Origin: Cladosporium halotolerans
Taxonomy: Eukaryota
Direction of reading: 5' to 3'
NCBI RefSeq assembly: GCF_011745625.1
Contig: NW_027191487.1
Coordinates: 1-64,000 of the forward strand
Length of the DNA: 64,000 bases
Positions 35,803 to 48,357 of this stretch are shown piece by piece (the stretch's first letter is position 1; each line of letters starts with the position of its first letter). Made by a program: the position numbers and the translations under genes. The notes under the pieces were generated by a model. That model did not search any database, was not told the origin of the DNA, and saw only the letters and a program-made list of their open reading frames with translations.

Positions 35803-38445
35803 GCGTGGTTCGCATACCCCGAAGCTGGATGTGAATTGAGCTGGAGACAGGATGATGATGTGACATTTGGTGGAGTAAGCATGTGTGAAGGAAAGAAGAG
35901 CGGCCCCTCTAGCTCGGTAGAGGAGGCTTGACCGGACAGCAGGTGTTGCAAGCTCTTTGTATATATATCGTATCAAAGCTGTCACAAGCGAAAGGTGTAT
36001 GTTGTATGCCGTGAGATAAATTTACCAGTCTCGTGTGAGATGGGGATACGAGAAAGAGTGGCAAGTGACTGTTTTCTAGCTACCTTGGCCAGGTGCCATT
36101 GATTGACTCGTGTAGACAAACAACGCAGAAGCATCTGCTATCAGTGAACCTCGGACATCGCCTCTTGCCACCAAAAGACGCATTGGCTTCGCTTGACAAA
36201 ACTATCTTATCAATGTAGGCACATACTGATGGTGATGTAAACAAACAAGCATCTTCACCGCGCAAGTTGCATCGTCCGATGAAGCGGAGTTCTCCAAAGT
36301 CACGCGAGCCCATCCGCCATCACCGCCTTTTCAACCCCGTGCGAGAGCGTTACCTCCTCACCGTCGATCTGCCAGAGGTACCTAGTACATTGCGGCATTT
36401 ACGTTTTCGTAGCAAACTTACAAGAGTCAGAGTTGTATTCAACCAGTCGGTAGCAGGTGTTACGAGCGAGAGCCAGCCGGGAGTGTTTGTTTCATGGATG
36501 GAAGCGAGCATTGAAGAGAGTAGCTACCCACGCCAGTCGTGCGCTGACCTGGTATACAGCTCGAACGGGAACATGTGCAGGGTGTGGTGCAACGTGTTAA
36601 TAATATCCCGTTTAGCATGTGCATTGCTATCGTTGGACAGACAAATCACAGTTTATTGTCTAAATATTTCCACGTCGCAGCAAACACGACAGCAAGCATT
36701 GCTACCTTCACTTGCTTGCACGATCGTCATATACGTGAGCAAGGTAAGGTAGGTCGCTCATGAGGGGAAATGGACACGCGAGCAGCCAAGGCCGGTACCA
36801 GGCTGTTCGGCATCGGAAGGGCTTCCACCGCTCTTTTGCAGCCCAAAGAAGGAGGCAGGCAATCATCATGCGAAAGCGGGAGAAGCGGGCGTTTGGGGTC
36901 TGCCGCAGGCGTGGAAGCGTGGCGCCAGGCGAGAGCTATTTTCGGGCCTGAGGTGGATATGGGTCGGGAAGCCGACGGGATGGATTTACTAAACATCATG
37001 TAACGAGAAGTGCTGTGGAGTTACCGTATGCACCTGGACGCTTGACAAGGTGCACACATGACAGTCTACATATCGGATCTCACATGAGGAGGTAGCTAGC
37101 GTGGGGAAGGTGCAAGATCGACCTGTCTGTCGGACAAGATGCCAAAACCCCCTCACGCAGGCAGATACACACCGGATCTTCGATTGCCTGGAGCCTTGGC
37201 CGATGTTCGATATAGGGCGCGGGGGCGAGAGTCCTCAGGCGATCCGTGGGCTGGGCTTGGAGGTTTGATGAGGGGCGAAGCGGAGAATTGGAGATGTTGG
37301 GCGCCGCAGTAGCCAGCGACGGAACCTGAAAGCAAACGTTCAAGCGTGCAAGCGCCTGGCGTTTGCTGCAGGGAACAAGGGGACATGGGAGCAAGCATGT
37401 GCGTTCGGATTATTGACATGTGGTGAGTCGTGACACGGTATTATGGTTGACGGGCGCCAGCGAAGCGAAGCGCTTGCTGGAGAGGAATCTGCTTCTTTGC
37501 GCAGCTGGATGTGGCAGTGAATTTAAAGCCGTCGGGTATCTCATGACGAGATTTTCGATGATCGACGAGTTGAGGTACAAGCGAGGATCGGCAGAGACTG
37601 TCAGAAACAGTCGGCCCTATCGGTACACCCACCGCGTCCGGTGAGCTGTACTGTAGAGACACAGGGTGCGGTGTGGCGATGCAGGCAATTGGAGTGATGG
37701 AGGCGAGGCGTGTGGTGAGGCGTGATGCCGTTGCGTGGCAGGCAGCGAGGCAAGCAAAGGCAGGCATCGCAGGCAAGCCAGGCAGAGTCAGCGGCGCATG
37801 GGCTTATGCGCCAGGCGGCGTCACGAGGCAGCGATGCAGGGCGCGAGATAGGCTCAGAGCTGAGCTTCGCTGCTGACGGCGATAGCCCTGCTTGCGTATG
37901 ATATGAGCTGCTGCTGTATACCGAGTGAATTGGCCGGCGTCAGTCGGTAGTGAGTATAACAATAAGGTATTCAGTGAGCAGACGGTGTGCTGTGACGTGA
38001 CGGCACCTGGCTGATCATCGGCGCAGCCTCCCGACCCTCCCTCTCCCCCCAGCCCGCCCGGCCTTCCTGCCTCGCCTGTCCGACGCCTGCCTCACCCGCC
38101 AAGCACACCGCTCGCCCGCTGCTCCCGCCCTGCCTTGCCGCTGGAGCAGCCTCGCCTTGCCGCCCGCCGCCCGCCGCCAGTCTCCTCCCAGAGCCCGCAG
38201 CCGCGCTCGCTGACTGCCACCGCCTGCAACGCCAGCGTCTCGACACCAACACCACTCCCTCCCTCCCTCCCTCCCTCCGCAACACACACCACCCGCCCAC
38301 CTCGCCGTCCACCACCACCACGGCTGCGGCTCTCCCACACTCCGCTCAGCATACCTACTGAGCACGCCGGAGTCCGCCGAGGACACGACACGACAAACCC
38401 ACCACCAAACACCACACCCGGTCTCCACGGAGCCCTATTCCAAAC

Positions 38446-39915
38446 ATGACGACCATGGTGCGTGCACACCCTCCCTCCCACACGCGACCGCACCCGCCGT
38501 GCACCGCAATATCATACACACGCATACACAACCAAGGATAGCCCACTGACAGCATGCAGGACCTCCGCGTGGGCAACAAGTACCGCATTGGCCGCAAGAT
38601 CGGTAGCGGCAGTTTCGGCGACATCTACCTTGGTAGGACCACACCAGCGAGCACTCACAGCACCGCCCAGACTGACCCTCCGCGCAGGCACCAACATCAT
38701 CTCCGGTGAGGAGATCGCCATCAAGCTTGAGTCCGTCAAGGCCAAGCACCCTCAGCTCGAGTATGAGGCTCGCGTCTACAAGTCCCTCGCCGGCGGCGTT
38801 GGCATTCCCTTCGTCAGATGGTTCGGCACCGAGTGCGACTACAATGCCATGGTCCTCGACCTGCTCGGCCCTTCCCTCGAGGACCTCTTCAACTTCTGCA
38901 ACCGCAAATTCTCCCTCAAGACCGTCCTCCTGCTCGCCGACCAGCTCATCAGCCGCATCGAGTACATCCACGCCAAGAGCTTCATTCACCGCGACATCAA
39001 GCCCGACAACTTCCTCATGGGCATTGGCAAGAGAGGCAACCAGGTCAACGTGATCGATTTCGGTCTGGCCAAGAAGTACAGGGACCCCAAGACCCACTTC
39101 CACATTCCCTACCGTGAGAACAAGAACCTGACGGGTACCGCTCGTTACGCCTCCATCAACACCCACTTGGGTGTCGGTAAGTCTTCACTGCATCGAGACA
39201 GCAAGTTTGAGCAAATCTCGCTAACACTTCACCCGCAGAGCAGTCTCGCCGTGATGACATGGAGTCTCTTGGTTATGTCATGCTTTACTTCTGCCGTGGC
39301 AGCCTTCCTTGGCAGGGCCTTAAGGCGGCTACCAAGAAGCAGAAGTACGACCGCATCATGGAGAAGAAGATGACCACCCCCACCGAGGTTCTTTGCCGTG
39401 GCTTCCCCAACGAGTTCGCCATCTATCTCAACTACACCCGCTCTCTTCGTTTCGACGACAAGCCGGACTACTCCTACCTCCGCAAGATCTTCCGTGATCT
39501 CTTCGTTCGCGAGGGCTTCCAGTACGACTACGTCTTCGACTGGACTGTGTACAAGTACCAGAAGAACGCTCAGGCGATTGCTCAGCAGAACCAGCAGGGT
39601 CAGGTCGCTGGAGACGACGGCGACGACAAGACTGGTGCTCGTCGCACCAACCAGGCTACCGCTGGTCAGACTGCCGGCCTCACGGACAAGCGTCGCGGCC
39701 CTGTCAACCCGAGAGCCGAGGGCACCGGAATGTGAGTTGCCGAAAGCACCAGACTCTGCCCTTCTCCGCTCTTGTAAGCCCCTTCCTCTCTGCGTTCGAA
39801 CGTTGCTTTGGCGCGAGGGGACAAAGAAGACTTTCGCTAACGACCGCTTCCCCTCTGCAGGCAACTTCGTTCCAGCAAGCGCGGTGCTGATCAGCCTGGC
39901 TACAACGGTTACTGA
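38446..39915 (+). CDS. HRR25: Casein kinase I (Hrr25/Hhp1/CK-1a type), 5 exons
   Basis: [75 protein letters not shown] and EQSRRDD. The last intron is 39732-39860. Confidence 0.95.
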
Positions 39916-41199
39916 ATGAGCCTATGATCAAGGGCAGGGTTGCTGGCATCGGCTCGCACACCTCTGACATTCAACTCAACTTTGGCGGCTCATCCCGCTC
40001 GATGTTTCGGCACGTCTCCTAGACGGCCGGACGTCAAATCAACTTTCATATCGGTATCGACTGCGTAATACATGGCTGAGGCTCGTTCTTCGTTCGACCG
40101 CTCGCAGCTCAAAGAAACGACTACAATCGCGGATGCTCTCCTGTTGGACTTGACTGGAGAACTCCGACAACATTACGACTTGTATCGTGCAGCAGCGGCA
40201 ACGACGAGCTCAACAGCATGATTGAGCAGCATCCTGGCGTGTCACTCGGCAGGGCTTTCGGTTTACGATTTCTTCACGGACATCAAACTGGATTCATCTG
40301 CAGGCCACCTGGGCCAAACCGAGACATGTTTGCTTGTTCAGGCTTTCCTTGCGCAAGTATCGATTGCAACAAAAATAACAAAATCCAAAAAAAAAAAAAA
40401 AGGTCATCCCGGGGCGGAAGCACACACACTGGACATTGAGCAACACGGATTGGAATTCTCGGCTTCTGATTCGTCTTTCCTCCCGAGATTGCAACACTTG
40501 TGATCCTGATGGTGCTTCTCTTCTATGGTGGCACGATTGTGCACGCCTGGGGAGGCAGTCGCGTCAATGAAAACTTGACGTCGGCTAGAGCAGTGGATGC
40601 AAACAGACTGGAAACGAAGATGCAAGAGCGTTTCGCGAGGACGACGGACTCGACGAAATGGCTGGTCGGCACTAAATTGTAGTGGTTTTGCTTTTGTGTT
40701 GGTTTTCTTTGGCTTTCTTTCTTTTCTCTTCTCCTGCCTGCTTGGTATCTTGCTTCTATGCTAGGATGTCTGGTAGTTTTTCTTAATGCAAACATGTTGC
40801 TCAAAACTTGCTGAATTGTGGTGACGACTAGATCATCCACTGGGCAGACTGTCAGCAACGACGACAAAGCCATACCGGCAGGAAAGCTACCTCATGCGCA
40901 CCAGTGAGGTAAGGTCACTGGGATCCACATCTTTCCGCATCCACCATGCCTCATCTGGCAAATCACATTGTTGCAATTCGATGGCATTTGCATGGCAGTT
41001 CACGACAGCCATGACTAGTTTGACTTTACCAATCGTCTGGACCTGCCAACCGTCTGACTTGTCGGATTACGCAGCGTATGGTTTTTGGCCATGTCTTGAA
41101 AATGTGGACGTACATTCGCGCCTCGTAGCAGTCGTGACATTTGCAATCGACACCCTACGCAACGCTCAGCTTGTACCGAGGTAGTAGTTTTGATCGTTC

Positions 41200-41822
41200 A
41201 CCTAGACCTTCAACCGACAAGATATCAAGCACTTCACCCTGCCCCAAAAACGACCAATGCACAATCTGCAAAACAGAGACCGGTCTCAACAAATGCCAAA
41301 GCTGCCTCATGACCTTTTCCCGTGGCCGGTAGCACCAAAAAGCCCACTGGCCCCGGAGTGCAAGGTCGCCAAAACAAGCAACGAAAGCCTCTGAGACTCA
41401 ATTGACGACGTCAAGCTCAGCCTCCAACAGAGCCCGCGTGCTCAATGACCTTCGCGTGATGAACGATGCGGATGAGTTCTTGGGAGGCAAAATGCCCGCA
41501 GAGTTGTTTAATCAGGTCCGATCGTACAAGATCGTGCCCGCGAAGGCGCTGGATCCAGGCCGGGTCAAAGCGATTGAGGGAAGATCTCAGCACGTTTCAG
41601 GGGCAGATTGAGAGGGAGCTGCAGCAGCTGAAAGACCGCATGAGTGCGCTGAACGAGGATAACCGATCTGCCATAGCGGATCCGGAGAGGAGCAAAGCGA
41701 GGTATCAGCCTGAGGTGCCGATTGTGGAGTTGTTGGCGCAAATGTATAAAGCGTGGGCGGAGACGCCCGGAGCGTTGGAGGTTTGGAAGGTGTTGTGCAA
41801 GGGCAGAGAGGATGTTGATTAG
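41200..41822 (+). pseudogene. Degenerate MYND zinc-finger protein
   Basis: CTIC..KCQSC..FSRGR*HQKAHWP, then a frameshift to ECK. There is an in-frame TAG at 41330-41332 and no ATG. A C-terminal fragment, YKAWAETPGA, lies in another frame. Confidence 0.6.
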
Positions 41823-41908
41823 AGTGGCCGGATTTGATCTGAGGATATATGCCGCCTGCAATACTCCCATGTGGCATTGTGCTGGGCGAGCATACTTCTG
41901 AGTGAGAA

Positions 41909-44413
41909 CTAGCCAGGGGTCCGGCTTCGACTCCGTGATGGGAGCAATTTCGCGAACAGACCGCCCTGGAGATACCGTGACTTCAACGATCTCCGCTCTG
42001 CTGTGGAAGCTTCTGGCGGGCGTGTTGGAGTCTGCAAATCCGCATTGGCTGTTTCCAATAGCGAAACGGCATCTTCAGCATGTATCTGCAACATCCGTGC
42101 CTTTAGACATCGACACTCTTGCACCCGCCTGCCTCCACAGCAATAATCGCCAACAAGCTCTTGAATAGCTTCCAATGCCGTGTATGATATTAATATACGC
42201 CGAACGCGCATGGTGCTACATTTGTGCAGATCTGGGGCCTTTCGAGCGAACAGCCCTAGGAGGCGGAGAGCTGCAGCTGTTCTGTCCATTTTTGTTCCAG
42301 GAATCCACGGCGTCAATTGTGATGATTTTGGTCGTTCGACAATCTCCTTCAAAAGAATACTCCAAGGACACCACTCGCCGCAAAAATGCGCAGGATCCGC
42401 ACCATTTTCGAGCAATATTGTCGGGGTACCCGTGTAGTCGTCTGGAATGATGAAAGGGCCAGATTCCGGGAGTGCGTAAGGTAACGTTGCGAAGAGCAGT
42501 AAGAGCGACATGTTCTCTGCGCCCGAGATCTCACGCTTCCGGATGGCCTCTTTGAGATAGAGCGTTCCATCCATGAACACTGCTAACGCAAGCAGGCCAT
42601 TCTTCGGTTCCGTAATGCTGGCGGCAATGCCGCCGAACATTCTGAAACCGTCTGCGTTTGACCAATGCGGGTTTACGTTTTTCGAGACTCTGCCGACTGT
42701 GGGATTCTCCTTTGCCATGATCCGATCAAAAGTCTCGACCAAGCTGCTTCTATGCTCACCAGAAGAGCGTTCTGCGAGCTTATTGAAGCGGAAGAAAGCT
42801 TGCACCAAGCTGGCTTTGGGGAATATAGATATGAAGCGCCTGCGACCACAGATAAGGCCTGCCATGATCGCTGTGTTGACTTCGAACGCCTCGCCGGCCT
42901 CTGGCTTCAATAGAGACTTCTCCCGGGATTCTTGGTTAAGATAGTCGAACAATGATCGATGTAAAAAGTTCACCCGAGACTCATCGCATTCGAGAAGCCC
43001 ATGGCATCTTCGAATCACCCGATCTTGGAAGTTCATGCCGGTAGCCTCGCGCTTTGACAGATCGGATGTCGCGAGCTCACAAGCTATTCCATAGCTAGAA
43101 GCCTCCTGTGCCGCAACCATAACATCGGCAAGCATGGGCCTGCTGTCCAAGCTGGCCACACACTGTCGTGCAATGAGGAGATACCTGAAAGCCTCTTGTC
43201 TGTAACGCTCTTCGATTCGCTCCATCAGAATGTGATTGAACATCTCATTGAGCTCCCGCGGTAGGAGCATGATTCGGTCGTGTATTGCTAAGGGCTCTTC
43301 GTGATCATTCACGCCATCGAGGGTCAGCCTGACGACAAGAGCGACCCACAAGAAGACACCGTGCGCATTGTCGATGATAAAGTTAGCGATTTCTTTGATC
43401 CCGTCTCGCTCATGGTCGAAGATGTCTCTCAAGCGTGGGTTTGCCGATAATTCCGTGTCGACGTATTCACGAATGTCGGGCTTCGTCAGAGTTTCTAAGC
43501 AAAGTGACCGGCAACTTCGAAATGCTGTCTTGAAATGTGCTTCGGGACGGCTGGATATCACCCATTTGACTCTGGATGAGTCCGCCATATCCAGCATCAA
43601 CCACGCAAGGTCGGCTTTCCCCATACTGTCACTTTCATACTCGTCCATGCCGTCTACGACGAATAAAAATCTGGTGCCCGTTTCTTCATAACGGAGGACT
43701 TCACGCATCGCAGCGGTCACCCTCTCCATCGTAGGCTCCCTTGCTCTGAACCTAGATTGCCAGCGTGGAAATGCGATGCGGCACAGCGAACTGTCCGCTT
43801 CGAGTATGTGCAACAGCAATGTTCGATATAGCCCGAGTAAAGAGCGCTGTAGTCGCGATCCAGCGGCCCAAAACCAGAAAGGTGCGATTACCAGTCTTGT
43901 ATTATCAGCCCAGTCCTTGGAAAGATGTTCGAGCATAGAGCTTCGATTCCCATTCGGATCCTCCGGACCATTTTCTTGCGTGATGAACTTCATCAACGTA
44001 GATTTTCCCGAGGCAGGTTTGCCATTGATCCAGAAAATCCCCTTGCCGTCACGCAGCCAATCAACGAAGCCCAGGTCATTGTCTTCCTCAAATATCCATT
44101 TGAAGGTCGTTCCATGAGCTTTGGGGACTTGCTCACGCCGGTCCTCAATCTCCGCGAACGTCAGCCATTCAAGCAACGCCTTGATCCAGACCTTCTCCTC
44201 ACTCTCTTGACTCGCTTCGCCATCTGTCTCCCGCGGATAATTGTGAATCACATCTGGAACAAAGCGTCAGTAACAGAGACCCCACTGCTTCGCGAGCCGA
44301 CTGAGACCCTGTAGAACACTCATACTGTAGTTATCACCAGCGTGCACTCTGGCACTGTCACTGGCGTGGATGTGTGCCCAGCGCTTCCAGGCTGGTGGAT
44401 CTTTGTCAGGCAT
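41909..44413 (-). CDS. NACHT-domain NLR-like protein with N-terminal HET-s-like amyloid motif; 2 exons
   Basis: Exon 1 is 44413-44326. Intron 44325-44254 (GTATGA..CTGAC..CAG) is in frame with the 780-aa ORF. Motifs: AHGTTFKWIF, Walker A FWINGKPASGKSTLMK, Walker B FLFVVDGMDE, WVISSRP, AHGVFLWVALV and VNFLHRS. Confidence 0.9.
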
Positions 44414-45093
44414 AATGTCGCGGTGACCAGCAATGGACAGACAGTGAGCCCAAATATAGTCTCGGCTTCAGCCTGCCCACGGACGCAGACTGTACGCACA
44501 ATGTCATGCTACGGTGAACAACCGCTATGGAAACCAGCCTGAGCTGAATTGGCAGCTCTTGTACCAGCGCCCCGCTCAGCAGAGTGGCGTCTGCACATGC
44601 ATGGCGTGAGGTCTGGGCTTGATTCGAGGCACTTGCATTGTGACTATCGCCGCTGGGTAAAACTCTTTTTTAGCAACGACCTACATGCTCGTATTGCAAT
44701 TGTCGTGCTGGTTTCAAACCGGGCATTGACTGTGTATTTGGGTGAACCGGAAGAGCCAGCTATGGCAGCATTGCTCTCATATGTATGCGACCTTTCTGGC
44801 TGCCGGAGCAACGCTGTCGCTGGAGTGAGAGCATTTTAGCATCATGCAGTAGGTCATCGAAGGCATTAGCATGCCGTCCCACCGTGAAGTGAGGCCGCCG
44901 CTCGCCACCCTCTAAAGCTCGCCGCTCAGCCAATCACAGCGCAGGAATTCTACGTTATTGGAGAGATCTACTTCTAGCCGCCCATCCCGACTTTCTCAGA
45001 ACGCTTAACACCACTTCTAATTTTCCTTTGCGTTTGTTTTGCTAACTTGAGTCTGAGAGGAGGATTTTCTCGGCTCCAAGGGCCAACTCAAGA

Positions 45094-47580
45094 ATGCTAT
45101 CGCGTTCGTTTGCCCGCTCCGCATGCGCCTCCTGCCGCTTGCGCCAATCCATCGCCGCCAAACAGCTTGCGAGGACAAGACTGCCAGTCCAAACGCAGGC
45201 CCAGGCACGAGTACATACACAGGGCTCTAGAGCATTCTCCGCGACTGCCAATGTGCAAGTACGAGATCGCAGTAGGAGGCCTGCGGCGAGGAATGCCACC
45301 CGGAGAGTAGAAGAGGAAGAGCAATTAGAGCAAGATGAGGATGTGGATACAAGTCTGTCAGCGGAAGCCGAGAGGTTGGGTATATCCGATGAGCAAGCAC
45401 GGCTGTCGAAGCTGCTGTACCTTTCAAGTTTGAAGGTCGGCATGAGCACTGAGCGGCTGGTGGATCTGGTCGGCGAACTACAGAAAGAGACTTTGACAGC
45501 TCAGCAGCGCGCTCTGGAGGTGCGAAATGCATTTGGGGATGTGTTGCCCGAGGGTCTGCTTGGCGATGAGGAAGAGAAGATCTACTTGATGTTGTATGGG
45601 GAACCGCGAGAGAGGCTGTTGGAGCAGGATTTGGAGGCTTTAGAGGAGGAGGTTGCGGGAGAGTTGGAGGCTGCGGAGGAGGAGGCATTGGAAGAGGAAG
45701 GCACGGGCGTGGCAAAGAGAGGGCCAGATGGGCAATTCGAAGAGGTGGAATTTGAGGACGATGAAGCGTTGGTTGAAGAAGAGGTGGAGGACGACGAAGA
45801 GATTGGTCTGGAGGATGCGGATGCGAGACTGGCTGAGGATATGCGTGAAGCGGCAGAAAGGGGAGAAGATGGTGTAGAGGTGGAGGAAGGAGAAGAGAGC
45901 GATCCGACTCTGCGCGCACATCCGTTGACCGCTGAAGGACGATTTTCTACATCGCCTTCGAGCGTTCAGCTGCCTAAAGACAGCTTCGTGGATCCTATTC
46001 AGCAACTCATTTCCGGCACGCCACCTGTCCATCTAAAGGACTCGGCACACATGGCTTTTGGCGGCATTGGCCTACCTTACAGTACCTCGACTCCATCTTT
46101 GGCGAAAACGATGCAGCAGAAGCCGATGCCTTTCGATGCGACTCAGGGCAGAATGGCCGATATCGATGCGAACATCTTTCTTGCAGTTCTCATGCCAGCC
46201 ATGTATGCTACGACAATGAGCGCTCTCGTAGAATCGAGGAAACGCTTAGGAACTGCCTGGGCAGAGAGCTTGGTCCGCAAAGCCGAAGCTGGAGACTTGA
46301 AAATCTTGGATGCGGGAGGTGCAGGTGCCGGTGTTATGGCCGTCCGCGATATGCTCAAGGCTGAGTGGCAGCGCATGCACGAAGATGATCTGGAGACCAG
46401 CTCTAACACTGGTGTGGCGGAGGCCAGTGGTAAGACCGGCGGAGAATCGTTACAAGCGCCGCTTGGTAATGCTACGGTCCTCACAGGATCTGATGCGTTG
46501 AGAAGGCGCTCCTCCGCTCTTTTGGAAAACACTACATTCATCCCGCGCCTTCCCGATTATTTCCACACCGAGACTGCGAAGGAGACTGGAAAATTCGACC
46601 TGGTCATCGCACCCCACAACCTGTTTTCCATTCGGGAGGATTGGGCTCGCAAGAACCACGTCGACAACCTCTGGTCGCTTGTCAGCGCAGAGGGTGGCCT
46701 GTTGGTCATGCTGGAGAAAGGCATTGCTCGTGGATTCGAAGCCATCGCGCTGGCTCGTGAGCACATTCTGAACACGTACATCGCCTCCCCCAGCACAGAA
46801 GAGACAGCCGAAGACACCGAAGAAGGGGACATCATGTGGGAGGAGGGCGAGGAACCTCTTAGAGAGACAGGTATGATCGTTGCTCCCTGCACTAATCACA
46901 CCGCTTGTCCCATGTACTCCGGCAAGAACAAGGGCGTGATCAAGGGCCGCAAGGACATCTGCCACTTCGAGCAACGCTACACTCGCCCGCCGTTCCTACA
47001 AAAGATCTTGAACGCGAGGGACAAGAACTTCGAAGATGTCAAGTTCTCCTATGTAGCGCTCATGCGTGGCCGCGATCTCCGCATCCCGGCAACAGAGCGC
47101 ACCGATCCCAACTTTGAGAAACAAGCGACGGTCGTTCAGGGCGAGGAAGCCACCGACCGCGCCTTTGCAGGCTACGAGAACCTCGACCTGGCTTCCGGAC
47201 CCAATCTATCGTCTCTATCTCTGCCTCGCCAGATCCTCCATCCGCTGAAGCGCCGTGGCCACGTCATTCTCGACCTGTGCACCCCGGCGGGCAGCTTGGA
47301 GCGCTGGACCGTGCCGCGAAGCTTCAGCAAGCGTGCCTTCCGCGACGCACGAAAGAGCTCTTGGGGCGACCTCTGGGCTTTGGGCGCGAAGACTCGTGTT
47401 ATGAGGACGGCGAGGGTCGGCGACAAGAAGCGAGATCGCAAGGCGGAGAAGGAGAGCGAGGACGAGAAGCCTGAAAGGAGGACGCTCAGCAAGCGGATGG
47501 CAAAGGAGAAGAGGAGAGTCAAGGAGCGGAAGGCGGGGAAGAAAGGTAGATTGCTGAAGGGAGAGATTGAGGTCGACTAG
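45094..47580 (+). CDS. RSM22: Mitoribosomal small-subunit factor Rsm22/METTL17 (methyltransferase-like)
   Basis: Arg/Ser-rich mitochondrial presequence. Motifs: ILDAGGAGAG, LEKGIARGFEAIALAR, IVAPCTNHTACP, ICHFEQRY, KRRGHVILDLCT and RDARKSSWGDLW. Confidence 0.92.
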   Translation: MLSRSFARSACASCRLRQSIAAKQLARTRLPVQTQAQARVHTQGSRAFSATANVQVRDRSRRPAARNATRRVEEEEQLEQDEDVDTSLSAEAERLGISDEQARLSKLLYLSSLKVGMSTERLVDLVGELQKETLTAQQRALEVRNAFGDVLPEGLLGDEEEKIYLMLYGEPRERLLEQDLEALEEEVAGELEAAEEEALEEEGTGVAKRGPDGQFEEVEFEDDEALVEEEVEDDEEIGLEDADARLAEDMREAAERGEDGVEVEEGEESDPTLRAHPLTAEGRFSTSPSSVQLPKDSFVDPIQQLISGTPPVHLKDSAHMAFGGIGLPYSTSTPSLAKTMQQKPMPFDATQGRMADIDANIFLAVLMPAMYATTMSALVESRKRLGTAWAESLVRKAEAGDLKILDAGGAGAGVMAVRDMLKAEWQRMHEDDLETSSNTGVAEASGKTGGESLQAPLGNATVLTGSDALRRRSSALLENTTFIPRLPDYFHTETAKETGKFDLVIAPHNLFSIREDWARKNHVDNLWSLVSAEGGLLVMLEKGIARGFEAIALAREHILNTYIASPSTEETAEDTEEGDIMWEEGEEPLRETGMIVAPCTNHTACPMYSGKNKGVIKGRKDICHFEQRYTRPPFLQKILNARDKNFEDVKFSYVALMRGRDLRIPATERTDPNFEKQATVVQGEEATDRAFAGYENLDLASGPNLSSLSLPRQILHPLKRRGHVILDLCTPAGSLERWTVPRSFSKRAFRDARKSSWGDLWALGAKTRVMRTARVGDKKRDRKAEKESEDEKPERRTLSKRMAKEKRRVKERKAGKKGRLLKGEIEVD

Positions 47581-48357
47581 ATGTCTCGGGAGATGATTTT
47601 GTAAGAATAGCGTGTATCATGACAACCATGTACTATACCACTCCATCAACCCAGTAGCGACGTTTCCCTTCAACATGGCACACGAAAGAACAAGGTGCGA
47701 ACCGTGCATTGATTAGCAAGTCGTTGGCGCAGAAGGGCCACAGGGCGACATCATTCACGCTAAGCAACATGACGGAAGTCGGAAGATCTGCCTTATCTCG
47801 ACGGATGGTTTGCTCGCCTTTCTCGGCTTTTGGGCTCAAAAGCTTCGATGCCGCCAGCCGTCAATGAATTCATCAACAAATCCAATTCTGAGGACACGTC
47901 CTCGGATGGCCTCCCAAACTTTCGCAAGCCATCAACATCGAGGTAGACGATAGTATCAAACGCTTTTGTCCGCCCTATCCGAGCTTGGTGTGCTGGTGTG
48001 GGGCTGTCTGGAACTGTGTGCGCGTCCAGCGTCGTGGCGTTCGTCAACACTCTGCCCTTCCCGCAACCTTCTGCCACCGGGCTATCACAAGCCAGTTGCC
48101 ATGCTAACAATAGCCATGTCGACGTGTTGCTCCAATTTTTTCGCCATGAGCGAGCCCTGCCATAGGCCGCGTGGATTCTGGCCCGCGAACCCAGGCGCCT
48201 CGATGACTGCGTAGGCCTGTCTTCAACGTTCTTTCTCGTTCACCCGCCACTGACTGTGTCTTGTCTTTGCGCTGCTCGACTGCTAAGGACCACATACATG
48301 TAGCTTTGACAGCCCAGTAATTCTCAGGTTCTAGCTTCTCCCAAAAAGTTCATCAAA

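Noticed and set aside
40388..40401. Poly-A run downstream of CK1 as a retrocopy tail
   Set aside because: There is no adjacent processed gene or target-site duplication. It fits an ordinary 3' UTR homopolymer.
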